In this document: positions 1 through 7,071 of the stretch, one piece after another
How positions within the stretch are numbered: position 1 is the stretch's first letter
How the letters are laid out: every line of letters begins with the position of its first letter
Origin: a virus
Lineage: Duplodnaviria > Heunggongvirae > Uroviricota > Caudoviricetes
Virus record (IMG/VR): IMGVR_UViG_3300012075_000001
Coordinates: 1 to 15,803 of that record
DNA length: 15,803 bases
Reading direction: 5' to 3' (one strand)
Notes under the pieces: generated by a model
The model's input: the letters and a program-made list of their open reading frames with translations, nothing else
Database searches by the model: none
Told to the model about the DNA's origin: nothing
Position numbers and translations under genes: made by a program

Positions 1-1
1 A

Positions 2-256
2 GAGAACCGTAAACCGTTCTTATCTGGTCATCGTAAATTTTTATTCAATTTACAAGAGACGCAAAGTCCAATCGAAGTGACTTTGGTTAACGGTCAAACC
101 TATACGGGAACTATTCGAACTTCAGATGAAGAGACTATCTCGCTCGAATCTCGAAACGAAAACAGCGATAGCTACACTGTGCGAGTGATTTTTAAACATA
201 ATTTGGTAATGTTCTCACCGATTAACACGGTAACAACTGCGCCAAGACCAAGCTAA
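2..256 (+). CDS. Hfq/Sm(LSm)-fold RNA-chaperone-like protein, 5'-truncated by the window edge (absent from the ORF track)
   Basis: Manual translation of frame 2: ENRKPFLSGHRKFLFNLQETQSPIEVTLVNGQTYTGTIRTSDEETISLESRNENSDSYTVRVIFKHNLVMFSPINTVTTAPRPS*. It has an Sm1-like FL..L......V.LVNG....G.I...D...I.L and an Sm2-like IFKH, parallel to E. coli Hfq [36 protein letters not shown]...VYKHAISTVVP. Stop TAA at 254-256. Confidence 0.75.
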   Translation, partial: ENRKPFLSGHRKFLFNLQETQSPIEVTLVNGQTYTGTIRTSDEETISLESRNENSDSYTVRVIFKHNLVMFSPINTVTTAPRPS

Positions 257-265
257 GGTGTAACC

Positions 266-1663
266 ATGTCAGATCAAAGTACTGCGGCGGCTCAGCCCGC
301 CACAGCACAGCAGCCCGTCACAGATCAATTCGAGTTTGATGATGCGTTTCAATTGAAAATTGCTGCAATGTCATTGCGTGATAGTGAGTTTTTAAGACGC
401 TCAGCTCTAATGCTGAAGCCTGAATTTTTCGTTAATGAAGGTTTGGGCCAATTAGTAGCGATAGCATTAAATCACTTTCAGAAATACAACTGCGCTCCTG
501 ACAATGCCTCTTTGATCGCTCAGCTGAAAGACAGAATTGCCAATCGTTCTATTCGTAAAGAATTAGTCCCTATGGTTGTTCAAGCTGCTAAAGATGTTCA
601 ATTAGCAGATTTGTCCAACCGTCAATTTGTAGAAGAGAAGCTTGTCGACTTTTCTCGAACCTTTGCAATGAAAACAGCAATTTTAAAATCTGTTGATTTG
701 CTGAATAAGGGCAAGGTTGAAGCCATTCACTCTGTGATTGAAGAGGCCCTTGCGGTCGGCATCAATGAAGACGGCGCGGGTTATGACTTCTTTGCTACAG
801 ACCGCATTCAACAACGTACTGTTGAGCGTGTAGAGAAGGTTAGTGGCGTACTTCCTCCACAAGGTATATCAACGGGCGATGCTCGTTTGGATGGTCTTTT
901 GTATCATCGAGGGTGGGGACGTAAAGAGCTTTATGCGTTTTTAGGTGGGCCAAAGTCAGGTAAGACAACCGCCTTGATTCATTTTGGTCGCATCGCTTCG
1001 TGGTTAGGTTTTAACGTTCTTTACGCAACGTTAGAAGTAGGCGCAAAAATCATTGCAGACCGTTTTGACGCATCGCTTACAGATACCATGATGAAAGAGC
1101 TAGGCGTAAAGGCAACTGACGTTGCGCAGCAAATTCAAAAAATTGCACAAGAAGCGGGTCAATTGCGTATTCACGAATATGCATCCGGGACACTGACGGG
1201 CAATCAATTACGAAATCTCATCCAGTCTTATAAGCGCTCAGCTCATAACCCTGACGGGACGGTCAGACCGCCAATTACGTTTGATTTAATCATCGTCGAT
1301 TACGCAGACATTATGGCGCCTAACTACCGGACAAATGACACGATTGAAAACTCAAAGCAAATTTGGGTGGATCTTCGTGCAATTGCTTTTGAGGAAAATG
1401 CCGCAGTTCTTACCGCCACACAATCAAACCGTGATGGTAGTAAGCAAACAGTAGCTAAAGCCGAACACGTCGCTGACGACTTTAACAAAGTGCGTATCGT
1501 GGATTTGCTGATCTCAATTAACAAAACCGAAGAAGAGCGACAAAGCGGTGAAGCTCGCTTGTATTTTGCTGCATCCCGTAACCAAGAATCGGGTTTTACC
1601 ATCGTTGTTAAACAAGATCTGGCTCGAATGAAATTCATCGAGAGAGTTCTAAGGGTTGATTAA
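266..1663 (+). CDS. dnaB: DnaB-family (SF4) replicative DNA helicase
   Basis: Walker A GGPKSGKT, H1a-like YATLE, Walker B IIVDYAD, H3 TATQSNR, C-terminal SRN arginine-finger-like motif. AAGGTG RBS overlaps the upstream stop codon. Confidence 0.93.
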   Translation: MSDQSTAAAQPATAQQPVTDQFEFDDAFQLKIAAMSLRDSEFLRRSALMLKPEFFVNEGLGQLVAIALNHFQKYNCAPDNASLIAQLKDRIANRSIRKELVPMVVQAAKDVQLADLSNRQFVEEKLVDFSRTFAMKTAILKSVDLLNKGKVEAIHSVIEEALAVGINEDGAGYDFFATDRIQQRTVERVEKVSGVLPPQGISTGDARLDGLLYHRGWGRKELYAFLGGPKSGKTTALIHFGRIASWLGFNVLYATLEVGAKIIADRFDASLTDTMMKELGVKATDVAQQIQKIAQEAGQLRIHEYASGTLTGNQLRNLIQSYKRSAHNPDGTVRPPITFDLIIVDYADIMAPNYRTNDTIENSKQIWVDLRAIAFEENAAVLTATQSNRDGSKQTVAKAEHVADDFNKVRIVDLLISINKTEEERQSGEARLYFAASRNQESGFTIVVKQDLARMKFIERVLRVD

Positions 1664-1768
1664 ATGAAAAAGTCTCAAAAGCTCACTGACATTTGGCTCA
1701 CGTTTGTAAAAGTAATGCTTGGCATTGCTGTCGTTTCAGGGGTTTTACACCTGTTCTTCGAGCTGTAA
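1664..1768 (+). CDS. 34-aa single-pass membrane peptide (absent from the ORF track)
   Basis: ATG directly follows the helicase TAA. Translation MKKSQKLTDIWLTFVKVMLGIAVVSGVLHLFFEL*: basic N-terminus followed by a hydrophobic segment. Ends just before a terminator. Confidence 0.6.
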   Translation: MKKSQKLTDIWLTFVKVMLGIAVVSGVLHLFFEL

Positions 1769-1779
1769 GAAACATTGCC

Positions 1780-1808
1780 AAATAGGGGTTCAAGTAACCC
1801 CTATTTTT
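1780..1808 (+). terminator. Intrinsic terminator between the helicase unit and the primase
   Basis: Perfect 11-bp stem AAATAGGGGTT (1780-1790) / AACCCCTATTT (1796-1806), 5-nt loop, T-run at 1804-1808. Confidence 0.75.
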
Positions 1809-1851
1809 ATTCAATAAAATTTATCTCGTGCAATTTCTAAGGGTGAAAACA

Positions 1852-2964
1852 ATGAGCCAGCCGTCAAAAGAAGATTTTGGCGAAATCCTCGACCACATTG
1901 ATATTGAGTATTGGTTGAATCGTGAAGGCATTGAGTACAAGGTAACTCGCGGTCGTAACGGTGTGCAGCTGAACTTGAAAGAATGTCCTGTTTGCGGCAA
2001 CGCGAGTTGGAAGGTCTACATTGGGGCCGTGACTGGTTTGGGCAACTGCTTTCATGGTGACTGTGAAGCTAAATTTTCTAAATGGTCATTCATTAAAGCT
2101 GAGCTAGGCAATCTTTCTAATAAGGAAGTTGCTGAACACGTAAAAGCGGTGGCTAATGAGCAAGGCTGGCAGCCAAAGCGAAAACCAACAGATGTGCAGC
2201 GTCCAAAATTGGGCGACTTACATTTTCCTCAATCGCATGAACTTCCCATTCGAGGAAGAGATGGAAAGTTGCATAACCTGAAGTATTTAGCTGATCGAGG
2301 CATCAGTATTGAAACAGTTAAGGCTTTTGGTTTGCGGTTCTGTCAGCAAGGTTCTTTTTCTTATATCGATACCTTTGGACAAAAGAAGCGCCAAAGCTTT
2401 GATAACAGAATCATTATTCCAGTAAGAAATTTAAACGGAAAGTTGGTTTCATATCAGGGTCGAGACATAACAGGCTTAGCGGACAAGAAATACCTTTTCC
2501 CTTCAGGTTATGCGTCTACAGCGGCATTTCTTTACAACGGAAATAACGCCTATGGGTGCGTAGACATTGCTATGGGTGAAGGTGCATTTGACGTCATGGC
2601 TATATATCAAGCCTTTGCTGAAGACGACGCGCTTTGCAATGTCGGTGTAGTTGGCTCGTTCGGTAAACACGTTTCATACAACGGTGAAGAGACTCAATTT
2701 GCAGAACTGTTAAAGCTCAAAGAAGCTGGCATGCAACGTTTGACATTCATGTGGGATGGAGAGCGACAAGCAATACAAGACGCAATCGAAGCGGCTCTAA
2801 TGGTTCGTAAATGCGGAATCATCGTTCGAATAGCAATCCTCCCTCCTGGTAAAGACCCTAACGAAATTCCACCCGAAATGGTGCGCTCACTTTATAGATC
2901 GGCAATTGTCGTAAATGAAATGACCGCAGTAACTCTCAAACTCCAATATGGTGTCAAAAAATGA
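1852..2964 (+). CDS. dnaG: DnaG-type DNA primase (zinc finger, RNAP-like domain, Toprim)
   Basis: CPVC...CFHGDC zinc-binding motif; RIIIPVRNLNGKLVSYQGR and KYL; Toprim EGAFD, WDGE and LPPGKDPNE. Start moved from the track's GTG 1828 to ATG 1852, which has an AAGGGTG RBS. Confidence 0.92.
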   Translation: MSQPSKEDFGEILDHIDIEYWLNREGIEYKVTRGRNGVQLNLKECPVCGNASWKVYIGAVTGLGNCFHGDCEAKFSKWSFIKAELGNLSNKEVAEHVKAVANEQGWQPKRKPTDVQRPKLGDLHFPQSHELPIRGRDGKLHNLKYLADRGISIETVKAFGLRFCQQGSFSYIDTFGQKKRQSFDNRIIIPVRNLNGKLVSYQGRDITGLADKKYLFPSGYASTAAFLYNGNNAYGCVDIAMGEGAFDVMAIYQAFAEDDALCNVGVVGSFGKHVSYNGEETQFAELLKLKEAGMQRLTFMWDGERQAIQDAIEAALMVRKCGIIVRIAILPPGKDPNEIPPEMVRSLYRSAIVVNEMTAVTLKLQYGVKK

Positions 2965-3317
2965 TGAATAAATTTTTAAATCTTTTTGCAAGAAAGACTT
3001 CAGATATTTCTGTTAATGGCAATGTCATTCGAGGACGCAGCGTAGTTATCAATGATAACGGCGTTTTTGTTGACGGAAAGCAATTTCAAGGTCTTTCGCC
3101 AAATATTGAAGTGGTTGTGAATGGCGATTGCGATAAGGTTTCTTCTGCAAGCGGCGACGTTACAGTTGAGGGAAATGTTGGCGAATTAAGCACAGCTTCG
3201 GGCGATGTGGCATGCGGAGATGTTACTGGTGATATCAGCACTGCATCAGGCGATGTTAAAGGGCGAGTTATTAAGGGCAATGTAAAAACTCTGTCTGGCG
3301 ACATCAGAACAAAGTAG
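2961..3317 (+). CDS. Small beta-solenoid repeat protein (DUF4097/putative-adhesin-like SGD repeats)
   Basis: Four tandem repeats SSASGDVTV / STASGDVAC / STASGDVKG / KTLSGDIRT in a Val/Gly/Asn-rich sequence. ATGA overlap with the primase stop. Confidence 0.7.
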   Translation: MMNKFLNLFARKTSDISVNGNVIRGRSVVINDNGVFVDGKQFQGLSPNIEVVVNGDCDKVSSASGDVTVEGNVGELSTASGDVACGDVTGDISTASGDVKGRVIKGNVKTLSGDIRTK

Positions 3318-3326
3318 GATCAAACA

Positions 3327-3842
3327 ATGACTATTAATATTGAAGTGGTTGAATACCTTGTTTCTGACTCAAGCTCTGGCGGCAAAGATTACATGCTTGT
3401 TCATGCGTATAACGTTCAAACTGGCGCGGGTTGGGTTAAGGCTTGCTATGGAAAGTTGGAAGGATCGTTTCAGATCGCGACTCATGTTTTTAGAAACGGC
3501 CAAGAAGCGAGTGACCATCTTTTAAAAAAAATCAAAGAGAAAAAACTCAAGGGATATAAACCAAAAAATCCCGAGAGCCATAAATTGTCTAGTTCAATAT
3601 TTGGAAAAATCAGAGATTTTAGCGTTGGCGAAATAGTATATAGAAAAGAACGTTTCCTTGAAATTAATGCCAATCAAACGACAAAGGCGACATTGAGCCA
3701 GTTTCTAAGTGGGCCAGAGCTTGATTTGTTATTTGAAATTATGGATGACGAGAACACGCCTGTATTCGCCAAAGCCTCCGCAGACTCAGAAGCAAAACGT
3801 ATCCAAGAAAGCTACGGCTCAAGATGGGGAGCTTGGTCATGA
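3327..3842 (+). CDS. WGR-domain-like protein
   Basis: N-terminal pattern KDY.......V...YGK.......F.....A.......K.KEK..KGY resembles WGR domains, with YGK in place of WGR. Ends in RWGAWS. AGGA RBS upstream. Confidence 0.6.
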   Translation: MTINIEVVEYLVSDSSSGGKDYMLVHAYNVQTGAGWVKACYGKLEGSFQIATHVFRNGQEASDHLLKKIKEKKLKGYKPKNPESHKLSSSIFGKIRDFSVGEIVYRKERFLEINANQTTKATLSQFLSGPELDLLFEIMDDENTPVFAKASADSEAKRIQESYGSRWGAWS

Positions 3843-4261
3843 TCAAGCTTAAAACTGGCAGTTCATACATGAGCCATAATTTTTCCACAACAAGATCTAT
3901 TCACCTTGTTAGCGTAGATGATGACCCTCAAAAATGTGTGGTTTTTGATTTTATTACCGTGCAGAAAGCAAATGGCAAACTCAAGATTACAGACAATAGT
4001 TTTGTATGTCGCATTGACGAGGGGATAAATCACCTTGCGCTTGAGGTGGAAAAATTAGGAAAGGACGAAAAATTTGCAGGCTCTAAACCAGTTCAGTTCG
4101 GACTATCCGCATTCAAAAACAACTCAATGATTTCAACTGAGGACATTGTTCAACGGATTGGTAAGTTTTTGACTGAAGCAAAGATAAGAAACTTGGTGTC
4201 AAAAGCGAGTGCCAGATATGAAACGGAAGGCAAGAAGTTAGTTTGGGGGAGTTGGAGTTAA
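3839..4261 (+). CDS. Hypothetical protein with C-terminal WGSWS motif
   Basis: ATG 3839 makes an ATGA overlap with the previous stop and has GGAG upstream, so it is preferred over the track's start at 3824. Ends in VWGSWS. Confidence 0.7.
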   Translation: MIKLKTGSSYMSHNFSTTRSIHLVSVDDDPQKCVVFDFITVQKANGKLKITDNSFVCRIDEGINHLALEVEKLGKDEKFAGSKPVQFGLSAFKNNSMISTEDIVQRIGKFLTEAKIRNLVSKASARYETEGKKLVWGSWS

Positions 4262-4347
4262 TGCAGGCAATCACATCTAGTTCATTTAAACCCCAAGTCG
4301 CTAACTCTAAAATGAGCTTAACGAAACAAGCAAAGAGTAATAAATGA
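4261..4347 (+). CDS. Possible 28-aa translational-coupling micro-ORF
   Basis: MQAITSSSFKPQVANSKMSLTKQAKSNK*. It starts in a TAATG overlap with the upstream stop and ends in an ATGA overlap with the start at 4344, filling the gap exactly. Confidence 0.4.
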   Translation: MQAITSSSFKPQVANSKMSLTKQAKSNK

Positions 4348-4943
4348 AAAATCGTATAGAAACAGTGCCTTTTGTGGATACAGCGATTTATCCCATTGAG
4401 GCTTCAGCGCAGGGCGGGAACGCTTATTATCTTGAGCATTGCGGCGCTTCAGGGTATCGACCAGCTTATGCCTCGTGTTTAAACCGCATACGCGAGATAG
4501 AAGAAGGTAAATCACTTCCATCTGTAGAGTATGGTTGCTCTGCTGCGATATGCAATAACGTTTGTCAGGCATTGACCATGCATCAAGAAGAGAAGCGTAA
4601 AGGTGTGGCGATTTACTACATCAACCGAGTTAAGATGCGCCAAAATACACGTTACAACGCAGCTCAGTACGGTATTAAAATTTCTGAAATTGCGATTAAA
4701 AACGATATCAAAAAGCCGTCTGTAAAACCCGTTGAACCATCTAATCCGTTTGAAGTTGGCAGCATAGCTGATGCAATCAACAGCCGAGTTGCAAAGGAAT
4801 ATCAAGAGGAAAATAAACAATCCGCTTTAAATTCCAGCGATAAACCTTTATCATCACAAACAGATCAGTCAGTACTGACTGTTAGTAAAGGGATGTCATT
4901 AATAGATATTGCAAAAGCAAAGCGACAACTATCAAACGCTTAA
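4344..4943 (+). CDS. Hypothetical protein, Cys-containing N-terminal domain and low-complexity C-terminal tail
   Basis: 199-aa ORF co-directional with its neighbours. Five Cys in HCG...SCL...GCSAAICNNVC. Confidence 0.75.
   Translation: MKNRIETVPFVDTAIYPIEASAQGGNAYYLEHCGASGYRPAYASCLNRIREIEEGKSLPSVEYGCSAAICNNVCQALTMHQEEKRKGVAIYYINRVKMRQNTRYNAAQYGIKISEIAIKNDIKKPSVKPVEPSNPFEVGSIADAINSRVAKEYQEENKQSALNSSDKPLSSQTDQSVLTVSKGMSLIDIAKAKRQLSNA
4863..4884. promoter_or_regulatory. Operator palindrome copy 1 (inside the coding sequence)
   Basis: GATCAGTCAG-TA-CTGACTGTTA, containing the perfect 16-bp palindrome CAGTCAGTACTGACTG (4866-4881). Lies 79 bp upstream of ORF 4964. Confidence 0.6.
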
Positions 4944-4963
4944 TTAATAAATAAAGGTAATTT

Positions 4964-5221
4964 ATGGCTGATTTATCTAACTGTATTAGTCGCCATGTTG
5001 CTGAGGTTAAGCGAATAACAGGCGTCAAGCAAGAAGACATTATCAATGCACTCAAAAGCGTTATAGGCGATGAGTTGGGAATGTTTGCAGCAATAAACCA
5101 TTTAGACGATGCGCAAATCGCAGCAATCGTTGCTGATTTGGCAAAAGGTGTTGAGTTGATAGCTCAGCAGAAAGTTTCAAGCGTAGAGCGCATTAAGCGT
5201 GATTACATGGCCCGTTTCTGA
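4964..5221 (+). CDS. Hypothetical helical protein (85 aa)
   Basis: AAGGT RBS upstream, co-directional, immediately precedes the ligase. Confidence 0.7.
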   Translation: MADLSNCISRHVAEVKRITGVKQEDIINALKSVIGDELGMFAAINHLDDAQIAAIVADLAKGVELIAQQKVSSVERIKRDYMARF

Positions 5222-5249
5222 CGGGTCGTTCTAAAATTTGGAGTAACAA

Positions 5250-6653
5250 ATGGCAACTTTGGAGCCAGTTTTAACGCAAACGTTTAACAGTGACCTTGCA
5301 TGTCAGGCGCTTAATGAAATAGCTGAAGAAAGTTCTAAAAATAAAAAATTGGAAATGGTGAGCCACTATATAAGCAATCCTTTGTTTAAAGAGGTTTGTT
5401 CGCTTGCTTACAACCCATTCCGTATTTTTGGTGTGCTTCCTGAAAAAGACGCGAAGGGCACTGGCGAATTGTGGTTTGATGAAGCAGACACCTTAGAAAT
5501 CATATACGCATTAGAAAAGCGTGAGCTTACAGGTAATGCGGCACGTGAAGCGATTCGTTGTCAGTTGGCCCAATTGAGCGAAAAGTCAGGCGATCTATTT
5601 ATTCGAATTTTGCGTAAAGACTTACGCGCGGGCTTTAGTGAATCAACAATCAACAAAGCGTGCAAAGGCTTAATTCCTGAATTTCCTTATCAACGTTGTT
5701 CTTTGCCCAAAGATGCAAAATTTGACACGTGGACATGGGACAAGGGCGTTTTCTCACAAGAGAAGGCAGATGGAATGTACGCGAACGGCAATAAGGTCAT
5801 CGGTGAGTCGCTTTCATTCGTTTCGCGTCAAGGCTCACAATTCCCTATGGAAGAGTTCCAAGCCATCATAGAAGAAGCGGAGTTGTTACTTCAACCTAAC
5901 TTCCAGTATCACGGTGAACTTCTAGTTGAGCGTGACGGCGTAGAGCTTCCACGTGAGATCGGCAACGGCATTCTTAATAGCGTTCTGAAGGGCGGTAAGT
6001 TTGGTGAAAATGAGCGACCGATTTACAAAGTGTGGGATCTTATCCCGTTAGAAGCCATTGTGCCAAAGGGCGTGTTTAAAGCGCCGTACGCAAATCGTTT
6101 CCGCACATTATTCAACATGGTGAAGGCTGGCAATAATATTCGCATCATTGAGACGCGCATTGTAAATAGCCTAAGCGATGCATATAAGCACTGTGAAGAA
6201 CTTCTCCTAAAAGGGAAGGAGGGAACAGTCATCAAAAATTCAACAGCAATCTGGAAGGACAGCACAAGCAAAGAGCAAATCAAATTAAAGCTTGAGGCTG
6301 ACTGTGAGTTAGAAGTTGTTGCTATCAATGAAGGCAAGACTGGCTCGAAAAATGAAGGGCGGGCAGGGGCGTTAAATTGTAAATCTGCATGTGGTCAATT
6401 AATTGTAGACGTTGCCATTAAGAATGAAAAATTACGTGATGAAGTGGATGCAAACCCTAATGACTGGATTGGTCGCATCATTACGGTACGTTCAAACTCA
6501 GTTTTAAAACCTTCTGCTAGTAGCTCTAATTATTCGCTGTTCTTGCCGCGTATGGTTGAAGCTTGCTATCGCTTAGATAAAACAGTTGCAGACGACTTAG
6601 CACGCATTTATGAGCAGTTCGATAACGCTATTAAAAACGTACAGGTAGGTTAA
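5250..6653 (+). CDS. ATP-dependent DNA ligase, T4 gp30 type
   Basis: Motif I EKADG (adenylated Lys), HGEL, WDLIP, motif IV EGTVIK, motif V KLK, OB-fold with SLFLPR. GGAG RBS. Confidence 0.95.
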   Translation: MATLEPVLTQTFNSDLACQALNEIAEESSKNKKLEMVSHYISNPLFKEVCSLAYNPFRIFGVLPEKDAKGTGELWFDEADTLEIIYALEKRELTGNAAREAIRCQLAQLSEKSGDLFIRILRKDLRAGFSESTINKACKGLIPEFPYQRCSLPKDAKFDTWTWDKGVFSQEKADGMYANGNKVIGESLSFVSRQGSQFPMEEFQAIIEEAELLLQPNFQYHGELLVERDGVELPREIGNGILNSVLKGGKFGENERPIYKVWDLIPLEAIVPKGVFKAPYANRFRTLFNMVKAGNNIRIIETRIVNSLSDAYKHCEELLLKGKEGTVIKNSTAIWKDSTSKEQIKLKLEADCELEVVAINEGKTGSKNEGRAGALNCKSACGQLIVDVAIKNEKLRDEVDANPNDWIGRIITVRSNSVLKPSASSSNYSLFLPRMVEACYRLDKTVADDLARIYEQFDNAIKNVQVG

Positions 6654-6658
6654 TAACA

Positions 6659-7060
6659 ATGGGAAAAATACAAGGGAAACACAAATCTGCTTTGGCGGTA
6701 GTTCTAACTGCAGTATTGGCAGCAGCGGGAATTGCAACTTTTGCACCTTCTACACATGCAGCGGTTGCGGCTCGTTCTTCTTCGGTATCTTCAGCGCGTT
6801 CTGTTTCGGTTTCGCGACCTTCGACAATTCGCTCAGTTTCAACAACGCCAGTGCGAACAAGCTATCGACCTACAGTTAGCAAACCTAAGCCAGCTGTGAC
6901 AAAACCTACAACGCCAGCCCGTACTTCGTATGTGAGTAGTTCAGCCAAAAAAAAGAAGATTACATCTTCCGGCCCTGAATACGATTATTACGAGTTTGAT
7001 GATTGTAAGCCTTACTCAAGCATTACCTTCAATGGCTGGAAATGCCTAGATCGCGACTAA
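6659..7060 (+). CDS. Secreted or periplasmic Ser/Thr/Pro-rich protein
   Basis: Basic N-terminus, hydrophobic ALAVVLTAVLAAAGIATF, THA-A cleavage-like site, long S/T/P/R/K low-complexity region, acidic-aromatic C-terminus with two Cys. Confidence 0.7.
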   Translation: MGKIQGKHKSALAVVLTAVLAAAGIATFAPSTHAAVAARSSSVSSARSVSVSRPSTIRSVSTTPVRTSYRPTVSKPKPAVTKPTTPARTSYVSSSAKKKKITSSGPEYDYYEFDDCKPYSSITFNGWKCLDRD

Positions 7061-7071
7061 AGGATAAAAAT

